From positions 1-46,965 of the forward strand of contig CALHXU010000205.1 of assembly GCA_938040365.1 (NCBI GenBank): a stretch of DNA of 46,965 nt. Reading direction: 5' to 3'. Of this stretch, positions 27,924 to 37,668 are shown piece by piece; positions within the stretch are counted from its first letter, which is position 1; each line of letters starts with the position of its first letter. This DNA comes from an uncultured Acidimicrobiales bacterium. Its GTDB lineage: Bacteria; Actinomycetota; Acidimicrobiia; Acidimicrobiales; SHLQ01. The position numbers and the translations under genes are program-made. The notes beneath the pieces are model-generated. The model saw only the letters and a program-made list of their open reading frames with translations. It was not told where the DNA came from and did no database searches.

Positions 27924-28121
27924 ATGAGTCGGCACCTTCACCTCGTTCCCGCTGGACAAGACTTCGACACCGAGGTGGAAAACGCGCCCGTCGAAGTTGT
28001 TGACACCAACGTTGTCGACCTTGAGAGCGAACGTCTACGCCGCCGCTACCGTTACCACCCTTCGGCTGGGCAACAGTGGATCGACGACCTGTTCGACGAC
28101 GACTTCGACCCTGTCTGTTAG
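27924..28121 (+). CDS. Small hypothetical protein (65 aa)
   Basis: Occupies gap between tag and next gene; coding-like composition from ATG 27924 (MSRHLHLVP...RYHPSAG). Confidence 0.55.
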   Translation: MSRHLHLVPAGQDFDTEVENAPVEVVDTNVVDLESERLRRRYRYHPSAGQQWIDDLFDDDFDPVC

Positions 28122-28160
28122 CTGCGAGTAACAGCGCTAGCTGCGAGTAACAGCGCTAGC
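28119..28160. repeat. 19-bp tandem duplication TAGCTGCGAGTAACAGCGC (x2.2)
   Basis: Copies at 28119-28137 and 28138-28156, spanning the stop codons of two convergent genes. Confidence 0.85.
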
Positions 28161-29082
28161 CGCGCATGAGGCGGATCAAGAGTTCGAGGTCGCTCTCCGT
28201 TGGTTGGGCAGCGACGGTCGACCGGGTTGAGATTCCAGTCTCGAGAACGGCGAAGGCCTCGGCGAAGTCTCCTGCACCGGTCGCAAAGTCAGGCGCTGCA
28301 GCCGATGGCCACCAGGGAACATTGCCAGCGATCCCTCGCTGCCGACGCCACTCGTCGCGTTCGTCATTCGAGTTGAACTCGACGTCGATGGCGTGACCCA
28401 ATTCGTGAGCGAACACGCGGTGAATCGTTTCTGGAGTGTCGTCGCTACGGATGTAGATAACGATGCGTTTCTCGCCGGGGTAGGTCAGGCCTCGGATGCC
28501 TGCTCGTTCTCCTTCGAACTCGATTACCCAGTCGGGAAACGCTGACCGCCAGTCGAACTCGACCAGTTCGAGCATCCGTTGGGCCTTCTCTTGATTCGTC
28601 AGCGACCGGGAGATCGTGGTTGTGGGCGCAGATGTCGTCGTAGGTGCAATCGTCGTCGTCGCTGGCGGCACAGTCGTTGGCGGCACCGTGGTTGGCGGCA
28701 CAGTCGTTGGCGGCACTGTGGTCGCTGGCGGCACTGTGGTGGTTGGCGGCACGGTGGTTGGCGGCACGGTGGTTGGCGGCACGGTGGTCGCTGGGGGCAG
28801 AGTCGTTGGCGGCGGCTCGAGCGCTGTCGGCTCCTCGGTTGGGGTGGCTGACGTCGACGTCGTGGCATCCACGGACACGCCAACTGCCGAGAGCAGCTCT
28901 TCAAAGACGAATGGGCCACTTTGCGATCGTTCCTCGAGTGGAAGCTGCAACGCTGCAGAGACCGGCTCGAGGACGGTCGCCGATACTGCAGCACCGGCCT
29001 CTGGGTCGCCTGAAACCCGTGGGAGAAGGGCGAACAGTCCGCACAGCAGCAGCGCTAGAAATGCCCTCGGCCCAAACTTCAC
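28156..29082 (-). CDS. Secreted protein with (PPTTV)n linker and C-terminal HEXXH zincin-like domain
   Basis: Hydrophobic N-terminal signal; PPTTV/PPATTV repeats at about 28660-28810; VFAHELGHAID and GDFAEAF. Confidence 0.75.
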   Translation of the reverse strand: MKFGPRAFLALLLCGLFALLPRVSGDPEAGAAVSATVLEPVSAALQLPLEERSQSGPFVFEELLSAVGVSVDATTSTSATPTEEPTALEPPPTTLPPATTVPPTTVPPTTVPPTTTVPPATTVPPTTVPPTTVPPTTVPPATTTIAPTTTSAPTTTISRSLTNQEKAQRMLELVEFDWRSAFPDWVIEFEGERAGIRGLTYPGEKRIVIYIRSDDTPETIHRVFAHELGHAIDVEFNSNDERDEWRRQRGIAGNVPWWPSAAAPDFATGAGDFAEAFAVLETGISTRSTVAAQPTESDLELLIRLMRG

Positions 29083-29212
29083 GTCACTTGTTTTAGAGCC
29101 CCGAGCGCGGCCGTGCCAACGCGGAATGTGGCAAACGCTGCGTTGTAGCTCACGTGAAGTCGAGCTCGGCGTTCCCGGATTGTTCGCTCGCAGACCCGAC
29201 GGTCATGGCTCG

Positions 29213-29569
29213 CTAACTGAGCAACTCTCTGATTCGTTCCTTGGGCCGGCCAATGATCGCCTTCGTGCCAGCCACGACGACAGGGCGCTGCAGCAGTGCC
29301 TTGCGTTCGACCAGCAGATCGACAACCGCTTCGGGGTTCCCGACATAGTCGTCGGGGTTCAACTCGAGCTTCTTGAATTGGCTGTCCTTGCGGACCAAGT
29401 CCTCGACGGGGTCTTCGAGGATCGACACGATGTGCTCCAACGTTTCCCGATCGGGTGGCGTCTTCATGTACAAGACGGTTTCGGCATCCACGCCCAATTC
29501 CTCGGCGACCGCCAAGGCATTCTTCGAGGAACCTCAATGAGGGTTGTGATAGATCGTTACGTCAGCCAT
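29213..29569 (-). CDS. arsC: ArsC/Spx family arsenate reductase-like selenoprotein (Sec at codon 12)
   Basis: ATG 29569 gives MADVTIYHNPH-TGA-GSSKNALAVAEE in frame with the 29213-29515 ORF; TGA (29534-29536) sits at the ArsC catalytic Cys of IYHNPxC; LLQRPVV..IIGRP C-terminus. Confidence 0.85.
29500..29517 (-). promoter_or_regulatory. Putative bacterial SECIS hairpin
   Basis: CCUUGGC-GGUC-GCCGAGG stem-loop; apical loop begins 23 nt after the UGA. Confidence 0.75.
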
Positions 29570-29625
29570 GTCCTCACCCTAGAGGGAGGCGAACTCACGG
29601 TGCGAACTAGGCGAGCGCGAGCAAC

Positions 29626-29973
<348 letters not shown>

Positions 29974-29984
29974 TTACGCGATCC

Positions 29985-31022
29985 TCAGGTCGCTGACGCT
30001 CGTAGGGCGCTTACATCGAACGACGCTGATCCTTCGACCGCTTCGGCAGGCCAGTGCACGCCAATCTCGACCGCACCCTGCTCGACTTGTGGCCAAACCC
30101 ACCAGTCGCTCGTAATGACGTGCTGGCGAGAGAGTCGCCGGTCATTCAAGCTGATCTGTTCGTCGCGCTGACCAAGGCGAATCAACCGAGATTCAGAGGG
30201 CTGGGACAGTTCGAAGCGATTGATGACCTTGCGGTTGTCGATAACGGTGCCCTCGGGCATCGTCACCGAAAGCAACAGGAAGTCAGGGCCTGGCTTGTAT
30301 TGCGCACCACGACCAGGAACGAGGTCTTCCTCTGGCGCAAAGACCGGCGGAAGGACCCAATCTCGAAGCGAACGGACCGTCATCGTAAAGCCAAAGCCAA
30401 ACTCATCGGAACCAAATGCGGTCAGCTCAAGATGAGCCGAATCGCTACTCGCGATTTCGAGCGGGACGAGTCCAGGAGTACGAACCGCTTCGAGACGTCG
30501 AGCCGGATCTGGCCCCCACCATGCACGGTGGCCCCCGCCGCGGCGGTCGAGCGTGGTCAAGAGATCGTCGATTTGTTCGCGGTCGAGATGTCGCAAGCCG
30601 TACGAGACGAGGCGACGGGCCTCGAATGGCTGTACGCCGAGTTGACGGAGTACCTGGCATGCACCCGAGTCGCCATCGACGAGCATCCCGTGGAGCAACT
30701 CGAAAAGGCCCGTTGGGCCGTTTCCGTCGATTCGTGGCGTTTGCAGCGCCTCGATTGCGCGGTTTGTCAGGAATGGTTCGACCGCTGGCGAGGGAACTAC
30801 CCCACGCGCCTCCATCATCTGCTCGATCGCACGATCGATCCTCAATGTATTGAGAGCGAAGAGGTCGACGAGTTCGGAGATCTCCGCTCGCGCCGTCGCC
30901 ACGATCCCATACAGGAGGTATTCGGTTCCACACCGTTCATCGCCGTTGGCGAGGGCAGCGTGCCTTGCGACCTGCAACGCGAGTGCGGCGTGGTCATCGA
31001 GTGAGAATTCTTCATGCATCAA
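29985..31022 (-). CDS. Clp protease N-terminal (Clp-N) domain protein with unknown C-terminal domain
   Basis: Two Clp-N repeats (CGTEYLLYGIV; GLFELLHGML..GDSGACQVLRQLGV); no Walker motifs; start probably ATG 31019. Confidence 0.75.
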   Translation of the reverse strand: MMHEEFSLDDHAALALQVARHAALANGDERCGTEYLLYGIVATARAEISELVDLFALNTLRIDRAIEQMMEARGVVPSPAVEPFLTNRAIEALQTPRIDGNGPTGLFELLHGMLVDGDSGACQVLRQLGVQPFEARRLVSYGLRHLDREQIDDLLTTLDRRGGGHRAWWGPDPARRLEAVRTPGLVPLEIASSDSAHLELTAFGSDEFGFGFTMTVRSLRDWVLPPVFAPEEDLVPGRGAQYKPGPDFLLLSVTMPEGTVIDNRKVINRFELSQPSESRLIRLGQRDEQISLNDRRLSRQHVITSDWWVWPQVEQGAVEIGVHWPAEAVEGSASFDVSALRASAT

Positions 31023-31251
31023 TCTCCGACGATAGAAGCCAATCCATGCTCGTGAAAGGGCAAAACACCCATTCGAACCTCATTGCCCAATACGTAGGTC
31101 CAGATGGTCCGCCACAGCAGGTTCCGACGACCTAATTACCCGGCTGAAATCGTGTGTGAAGCGCGAATTCGATCGGTGGAGCCGTTCCTTTGGGTTGTCG
31201 CCGCTGACGTGAGTCCACCACTGAGGAAAGTCCGCCCATTATGTTTGCGCT

Positions 31252-32097
31252 ATGTCTCTCTATCCGCCAGATGACGTCGACATCATCGATCTTGACGATC
31301 TCGACCGCAACCAAGGCGGAAACCGGCGGCGTCCACGCTCGTCGACGCCCCCACCACCGCGGGGATCAAACCTGCCCGCCGCCGATCCTCGAATCCTCGT
31401 TCCGGTGTTCTTATTCGTCGTTGCGCTGCTCCTCATCGGCCTCGCCTGGCGGTCACGGGGCGGAAGCGAGGAATCCGACGTTGCGATAGCGGTAAGCACC
31501 GAACTTTCTCAGGCGGTGCGCGACGCTGAACTTCGTGCAGGGTTCGACGGGTTGGTCGTCGAAGAGATCGACGGCGTTCTGGTCATCACTGGACGCGCTG
31601 CAAATGCCACCGATGTCGCAGCGATCGGCGCCGTTGCGCGATCGGTTGAAGGATCTCAGCGGGTCGACAATCGTGTCACCGTTGAGGGCGGGTCGATAGA
31701 CACACCGTTCCCTGCGACCGAGTCTCCTCTCACCAACGGTGGAACCGACCTCGCAGGACAATTGAATAGCCTCGGCCGGATCACGTTCCAAGCAGGAAGC
31801 TCCGATCTCACAAGCGAGGGCACCATCGTTGTCGACAACGTTGCGCGCCTCATGGAGCAGAGTCCTGGTGTCAGAATTGAAGTGCACGGCCACACCGACT
31901 CCGACGGTGACGAATCGGCAAATCAGGTACTGAGCCAACAACGGGCCCAAGCGGTTGTCACGGCGCTGAGTCAGCGGGGCATTAACAGCGCCCGGCTCGT
32001 CGCTATCGGTTTTGGCGAACTCAACCCAATCGCTCCCAACATTACCGAAGATGGGCGAGCCACGAACCGCCGAATCGAGTTCGTAATTCCGCAATAG
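31252..32097 (+). CDS. Membrane-anchored BON + OmpA-C (peptidoglycan-binding) protein
   Basis: Single TM; BON-like segment ending RVDNRVTV; ITFQAGSSDL, VHGHTDSDG..NQVLSQQRA, GFGE.NP, NRRIEF. Confidence 0.9.
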   Translation: MSLYPPDDVDIIDLDDLDRNQGGNRRRPRSSTPPPPRGSNLPAADPRILVPVFLFVVALLLIGLAWRSRGGSEESDVAIAVSTELSQAVRDAELRAGFDGLVVEEIDGVLVITGRAANATDVAAIGAVARSVEGSQRVDNRVTVEGGSIDTPFPATESPLTNGGTDLAGQLNSLGRITFQAGSSDLTSEGTIVVDNVARLMEQSPGVRIEVHGHTDSDGDESANQVLSQQRAQAVVTALSQRGINSARLVAIGFGELNPIAPNITEDGRATNRRIEFVIPQ

Positions 32098-32431
32098 CGC
32101 TTGGTGGCGAGTGCGACACGCCTTCGGCGTGATTTTGTCGCACTCCCAACCAGACATCATTCCCCTTCGGGGAGATCGTTCAAGCGGCACAGTGAAGCTT
32201 CGAAGCCTGGGCGTCGGTGACGGCGCCGGTTTTGTTGGTTGGCACGCGTAGTTTGCGAAGGTCCCCCAGGACCGCCGCAATACCTGCGCAGGCAAGACTT
32301 CGCTGTGCTAGGCAGGTCGTACCGCACATAATTCACCACAATACGCGACTTTTGTAGTCGGTCATGCGTCACAAAAATCGAGGCGGTTCCGCTCGAATTA
32401 TGTGCGGAAATTTGACAAATAGGAGGAGCAG

Positions 32432-34030
32432 ATGGCTGATAGCCGACCACCGAAACCGGGTCGACTGAGTTCCGATACGCTCGCTCGCGCCAGATCTGGG
32501 GACGTCGAAGTCTTCGAGACCGCAAATTGGTCCCGCTCTGCGCTCATGCGAGGAAATGGCAGGGGCAAAGAACCCCTTGGCAAGACGAATTGGGCGGTGT
32601 GGTGGTGGCTCGCTCCACTTCTCTTCATCGCCTTTGCGATCGGGGCGCTGTTCTGGGGCGTCAATCGGATTCAGAACTCGCTCGAATCATCGGCAGCCGG
32701 AATCTTGGAAAATGCCGGGATCAGCGCAGAGGGCCTCGAATTCGACGCCTCGTACCGCGACCTCGAAGTCACGGGCGAACTTCCCGCAGGCGTAAGTGCC
32801 GAACAGATCGAAGAAGCACTCGAATCTGACGACTCGAGCTCGTTCGACGTGCGCAACGCGACCGTTGTCGCTGCGGCAGCGGTCGTCGCTGCTCCCGAAC
32901 TCGCTGCGATCGACGTAAGCGCGACCTCAGATGGTGAGGCGATCACCTTGATCGGAACCGTCCCATCACAAGAGCACGCCGACGAACTCATCGCCGCAGC
33001 CGAATCCACAGGGCTCCCGGTCGACTCGACGGGGCTCACCGTTGCGGGCATCGACGCGAGCTCTGATGATCCTGATGGTCAAATCGAAAGTTACAGCGCG
33101 CTTCTCGGCTCGCTAACTGCTGGGAGCTTCACCGCGGCAAACCTCGCGATTGGCGATTCTGGACCGGTCACCGGCGAGATCACCGCAGTCGACGAGGGTG
33201 TCGCGGGCGAACTTCGCCCGGTCGTTGGCAGCGATGTCGACGTGACGGCACCTGCAACGCTGGGAGCGATCGACACCTCGGTCAACTTCGACGGTGAACG
33301 GATCGTGCTCGACGGCACGGTGCTTAGCCAGGAACAATCCAACACGCTCGAGACCGCCGCAACCGAGGTTGTGGGCGCCGGCAATGTCGTGAACAACCTT
33401 GCGATCTCCGGCCTCGATGAAGCGGTTGCTGGTGCAGACGACCGAGTCGCCGCACTCGCAGCATCGATCAGCACCTTTGACGGACTGCAGTCGGCAGACG
33501 CAACCATGAACGACACCGATCTTACGATCAACGGTGTCGCGAGTGATGAAGCTGGCCAGCTGCTCACCAGCGACACAACGGCTGCTGCCGAGGACGCAGG
33601 GCTTAGACCGGGCGGGGCAATCACCTTGCCCGAGGCTCCAGGCCTTGCCGAACAAATCGACCTTCTTCAACAAGAACTCGACGCACTCCAAGAGGAGATT
33701 CGAGAGAACGTCGTGTTCGATACGAACACCGCCGACCTCACCCCGACAGCGATCGGAACCTTGGACAAAGTCGTTGCTGCTATGCAACGGTATCCGCTGC
33801 CGGTGGTCGAAGTCGGAGGACACACCGACTCTCGAGGCGCAGACGACTTGAATCTGGCGCTCTCGCAAGCTCGTGCCGACTCCGTATCGGCCTACCTGGG
33901 TCAAACCGTTGAACCCGCCCGTCTCTCCGCCAACGGATTTGGAGAGACCCAACCAATTGCTGACAACACCACCGAAGAAGGTCAGCAAGAAAACCGCCGA
34001 GTTGAATTCATCGCAAAAGAAAGCTTCTAA
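32432..34030 (+). CDS. Multi-BON + OmpA-C protein (ArfA/Rv0899-like architecture)
   Basis: GGAGGAG RBS; TM helix; repeated BON-like units (ITLIGTVPS, IVLDGTV..VVNNLAI); VGGHTDSRG..NLALSQARA, NRRVEF. Confidence 0.88.
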   Translation: MADSRPPKPGRLSSDTLARARSGDVEVFETANWSRSALMRGNGRGKEPLGKTNWAVWWWLAPLLFIAFAIGALFWGVNRIQNSLESSAAGILENAGISAEGLEFDASYRDLEVTGELPAGVSAEQIEEALESDDSSSFDVRNATVVAAAAVVAAPELAAIDVSATSDGEAITLIGTVPSQEHADELIAAAESTGLPVDSTGLTVAGIDASSDDPDGQIESYSALLGSLTAGSFTAANLAIGDSGPVTGEITAVDEGVAGELRPVVGSDVDVTAPATLGAIDTSVNFDGERIVLDGTVLSQEQSNTLETAATEVVGAGNVVNNLAISGLDEAVAGADDRVAALAASISTFDGLQSADATMNDTDLTINGVASDEAGQLLTSDTTAAAEDAGLRPGGAITLPEAPGLAEQIDLLQQELDALQEEIRENVVFDTNTADLTPTAIGTLDKVVAAMQRYPLPVVEVGGHTDSRGADDLNLALSQARADSVSAYLGQTVEPARLSANGFGETQPIADNTTEEGQQENRRVEFIAKESF

Positions 34031-34032
34031 CC

Positions 34033-36189
34033 ATGACCTTTGCACTTCTACAACTACTTCCCGCACTACTCATCCTCTTCCTCCTAGGCCTCATCATTGG
34101 CTGGCTTGTCTGGCGATGGCGACGTCGCCTCGTGAGTTCGAGTGAATGGAACAGTCTCTCGAACGCGGCGAATCGGGCGAAGTCCGATCTTGCATCGGCC
34201 GAAGCGGCAAACGCAGAGCTCTCCAATGAGCGAAGCGCCCTGTCAAAGCAGGTCTCGTCGCTCAACGGACAGTACGAGACGACCCGAACCGAGCTCGGTA
34301 CGGCGACTCGCACAAATGAAACCCTCGGCAAACAGGTCGAAGAGCGCGACATTGAGTTGGCGAGACTCCGTGGCGAACTCGACGATCGAGACGGAAAGCT
34401 TGCACTCATCGAAGGCGACCTTGACAACGCGAATACCAAGATCTCCGGATTCGCAAACATCGAAGGCGAAGCAGAACAGCTTCGTGGTCAGGTCGAAAGC
34501 TCGGGTTCACGGATTGCAGAGCTCGAGGGCGAGCTTGGCAAGTCGAAGTCTGAGCTGGCGTCCAACAAGGAGGCGCTGGCAAAGAGCAACGACCAGGTCA
34601 ACAACAAAGATGCAGAGCTGGCGAAGCTGCGAACCGAACTCGAAAACGCGAACGGTGAGCTGGCCGGACGCGACGGAAAGATCGGCAAGCTCGAGGCTGC
34701 AGTAGCGGCATCGGCTGCAACCGCCGCCGCAATGAAGGCAATGGAGTCAGACAACGGTGACCTGAAGGCGCAGCTCCAACAGGCGCTCGATGCCAGGGAC
34801 GCTGAAGCTGCACGAGCGAAAGAACTTGGCTCACTCGTCGATTCCACCCGATCCGATCTCGATGGCGCCCATGGGCGAGTCGCAGAACTCGAAGGCGAGC
34901 TCGGTGCAGCACAGGGCCAGGTTGCCGAGCTCACGCCGTTCAAGGCAAACGCTGAAGCCACAGGCGCTCAGCTCAACGACGCCAATGGCCGTGTCGCAGA
35001 GCTTGAGGGCCAACTCGGCGACATGGGCCAACTCCAAGACCAACTCAACGGAGCGAATGGCCAACTCGATGCCGCCAATGGCCGTATCGGCGAACTCGAA
35101 GGCCAACTCGCCGAACTGCAACAGCTGCGAGACCAGCGTGACGCAGCAAATGGCCAACTCGATGACGCCAATGGTCGCATCGGCGAACTCGAAGGCCAAC
35201 TCGCCGAGCTGCAGCAACTGCGAGACCAGCGTGACGCAGCAAATGGCCAACTCGATGACGCCAATGGCCGCATCGGCGAACTCGAAGGCCAACTTGTGGC
35301 AATGGGACAGCTTCAAATCGACATCACCGAACGGGATCGTCGAATTGAAGAACTCGAACTTGCGGCACAGCAGTCGGCGCAGGCCCAGGCAGACCTCGAT
35401 GCACTGCGTCGTCAACTTGACGAGGCGAACCAACTGGTCGACAAGTCCGCAGGCACGATCGATACCAAAGAAACGGTCATCATCGATCTGCGCAAACAAC
35501 TCGCCGACAAAGAAGCCGAGGCCGAGGCGCTCCCAGAACCACTGCGTCGGGTCGCGTCATTCCACGCTGGAAGCTGGAAGGTGGGAACGACGAAACTCGG
35601 CACTGCGGGCGCCGACCATACCGATGATCTAAAGGTCGTCAGTGGCATTGGCCCGCAGATGGAGAAGCTTCTCAACAGCTTCGGCATCACCTCGTGGGAG
35701 CAACTTGCAGCGCTGACACCTGAAGAGGTCGCAACGGTCGATGCGGCGCTCGAAGATTTCCCTGGACGCATCACCCGTGACGAATGGGTCGAACAAGCCC
35801 AAGACATCATGGATGCGGGCCACAAGCCAGTGAAGCGTGCGCCAAAGGCCCGGCCGGCTCCGGCGGCACCTTCATGGCAGAAGGGCACCACGAAGCTTGG
35901 CACGGCAGGTGCAAGCCATACCGACGACCTCAAGTGCATCAACGGCATTGGCCCAAAGATGGAGAAGCTCCTCAACAGTTTCGATATCACGGCGTGGGAG
36001 CAGCTTGCGAACCTCAGCAAGGCCGAGGTCAACAAGGTCGATGATGCCCTTCAACAATTCCCTGGACGCATCACCCGTGACGAATGGGTCGAACAAGCAG
36101 GCGAATTGGTCAAGCAGTTCCCCAACCATGTCGACCGGCCGAGTAGCAAGAACTTCTTGCATCGTTCGACCGAAGGGGTACTGGCCTAG
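34033..36189 (+). CDS. Membrane-anchored long coiled-coil protein with two C-terminal helix-hairpin-helix (DUF4332/NuoE-tail-like) domains
   Basis: N-terminal LFLLGLIIGWLVW anchor; heptad repeats; duplicated DDLK.I/V.GIGP.MEKLLN.F.IT.WEQLA...RITRDEWVEQA. Confidence 0.8.
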   Translation: MTFALLQLLPALLILFLLGLIIGWLVWRWRRRLVSSSEWNSLSNAANRAKSDLASAEAANAELSNERSALSKQVSSLNGQYETTRTELGTATRTNETLGKQVEERDIELARLRGELDDRDGKLALIEGDLDNANTKISGFANIEGEAEQLRGQVESSGSRIAELEGELGKSKSELASNKEALAKSNDQVNNKDAELAKLRTELENANGELAGRDGKIGKLEAAVAASAATAAAMKAMESDNGDLKAQLQQALDARDAEAARAKELGSLVDSTRSDLDGAHGRVAELEGELGAAQGQVAELTPFKANAEATGAQLNDANGRVAELEGQLGDMGQLQDQLNGANGQLDAANGRIGELEGQLAELQQLRDQRDAANGQLDDANGRIGELEGQLAELQQLRDQRDAANGQLDDANGRIGELEGQLVAMGQLQIDITERDRRIEELELAAQQSAQAQADLDALRRQLDEANQLVDKSAGTIDTKETVIIDLRKQLADKEAEAEALPEPLRRVASFHAGSWKVGTTKLGTAGADHTDDLKVVSGIGPQMEKLLNSFGITSWEQLAALTPEEVATVDAALEDFPGRITRDEWVEQAQDIMDAGHKPVKRAPKARPAPAAPSWQKGTTKLGTAGASHTDDLKCINGIGPKMEKLLNSFDITAWEQLANLSKAEVNKVDDALQQFPGRITRDEWVEQAGELVKQFPNHVDRPSSKNFLHRSTEGVLA
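35056..35294 (+). repeat. Intragenic 93-bp (31-aa) tandem repeat, about 2.5 copies
   Basis: AATGGCCAACTCGAT recurs at 35056, 35149, 35242. Confidence 0.9.
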
Positions 36190-36207
36190 CCAGCTAAACT
36201 ACATGGC

Positions 36208-37515
36208 ATGAGAGGAAGCCCGCGAACGACCTTCGCGGGCTTCGCCTGTTTTGCGCTGCTCTTCGTCGCATGCACTCAGGCGGATGATTCTGCAGCGTTG
36301 CCCGACGGATTCGAAGGCGGAAATCAACCGGCCACAGGAGACGACGGCGAAACCCAGGCAACCCCCGGAGCACCTTCAGAAGGCCCGGTTCCAAACCTCG
36401 ATGATCTACCCGGCAGCATCGCCGTTCGCGATGGCGACGGCCAGATCGTGGTGGTCGCGCCGACCGGCGCCGAAGAAATGGTGTTGGACGACGGTGGCGC
36501 GGAACACTCCCAACCCACCTGGTCTTCATCTGGCGAGCAGCTTGCCTGGTCGAGCGTCGGCAGCGACGGGCCGCTACTGACCATTGCAGATCGAAATGGC
36601 GCCACGAGAAACAGTTTGCCGGTGACAGCCCCAGCGTTTTATCTCTCATGGTCAGAAAGCGACTCTGCTGTCGGTGGACTCCGGCCCACGCCGACCGGAA
36701 TGGAGATGTTCGTCGTTGACGAGGCCCTCACAACAGAACAGTTCGTGAGTTCATCACAACCCTTCTACTTCGAGTGGAACGGCGACGAAATCGTCGCGGC
36801 GGTCGGCGGCCAGATACTCGTCGACATCACGATCGGGGACGAGATCCAGCGCCTGGCCCGCCCGCTTCAGGCTCAACTTGGAGCATTTCAGGCGCCAGCA
36901 ATATTGGCGAACAGGGACGTACTCGTCGCATTGAACCTCGACGGAGTAAATACCGTGAGCCGGATCACGCCCACCACAATCGAACCAATCGCCACAGCAA
37001 ACGCTCCCCTCTTTCTTGCGCTATCTCCCGATGGTCGCCAGCTCGCAGTTCTCGTACAACCCACACGGACTCAAGAAGCAGAATCGCAAGAGATTGCGTT
37101 CCAGTTCGACGAACCAATCCAACTCGACACCGGGCGAGTGACGGTCATCGATCTTGAGACCGGCGAGGTGAACGAGCTGAGCGACCAGCGCGTCGTGTCG
37201 ATCAGCTGGAGTCCTAATGGAGAGACGCTAGCGATGCTGCGAGCCACAGCTGACGGCCTCGAATGGCGTTTCCTCACAAACGGCGAGACGATTCTCGGCA
37301 CGAGCTTTACTCCAAGCCAACGTTTCAGCCAGAGCTACTTGCCGTTCTTTGATCAATACAATTTGTCGTCGACACCGTGGTCACCCGATAGCACCGCGGT
37401 CACCTTTGCCGGTCAGGTCGGCGACCAAACCGGCGTGTTTGTCGACCGAGTCGACGACGAAGTCGGTTCGGCTCGGATCGCCAGCGGCGATATTGCCTTC
37501 TGGTCACCGAACTAG
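36208..37515 (+). CDS. TolB-like (PD40/WD40) beta-propeller lipoprotein
   Basis: Lipobox FVAC; repeated PTWSSSG, LSPDG, SWSPNG, PWSPDS, FWSPN. Confidence 0.8.
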   Translation: MRGSPRTTFAGFACFALLFVACTQADDSAALPDGFEGGNQPATGDDGETQATPGAPSEGPVPNLDDLPGSIAVRDGDGQIVVVAPTGAEEMVLDDGGAEHSQPTWSSSGEQLAWSSVGSDGPLLTIADRNGATRNSLPVTAPAFYLSWSESDSAVGGLRPTPTGMEMFVVDEALTTEQFVSSSQPFYFEWNGDEIVAAVGGQILVDITIGDEIQRLARPLQAQLGAFQAPAILANRDVLVALNLDGVNTVSRITPTTIEPIATANAPLFLALSPDGRQLAVLVQPTRTQEAESQEIAFQFDEPIQLDTGRVTVIDLETGEVNELSDQRVVSISWSPNGETLAMLRATADGLEWRFLTNGETILGTSFTPSQRFSQSYLPFFDQYNLSSTPWSPDSTAVTFAGQVGDQTGVFVDRVDDEVGSARIASGDIAFWSPN

Positions 37516-37519
37516 CACC

Positions 37520-37668
37520 CGCTCGGCCAAGCGAGCGCAACTTCGGCGTTGCAGTCACGAACTTCGTCCTCGGCTTCGCATTGGTCGCTTCGCTCCCTCG
37601 CTGCAGAAATCGGACGAACTCCGCACCTACCCCACCGACTTGCGCTCGCCCGAGCGCCTATCGGCTAA
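37520..37668. repeat. Intergenic long imperfect palindrome (REP/MITE-like)
   Basis: CGCTCGG/CCGAGCG, GCGAGCGCAA/TTGCGCTCGC and TTCGTCC/GGACGAA nested arms; between convergent genes. Confidence 0.7.

Noticed and set aside
29213-29569. arsC as a nonsense pseudogene or 100-aa TTG-start protein
   Set aside because: The stop is TGA exactly at the catalytic Cys column and is followed by a SECIS-like hairpin; recoding explains it better, pending a sel gene check
31050-31095. c-di-GMP-I riboswitch (GGGCAAAAC...)
   Set aside because: Lacks the GAAA tetraloop and the downstream GCAAAG/P2 elements; only a short GGGCAA/TTGCCC stem
31252-34030. OmpA outer-membrane porins implying a diderm envelope
   Set aside because: Only the peptidoglycan-binding OmpA-C domain is present, with TM helix and BON domains; no beta-barrel
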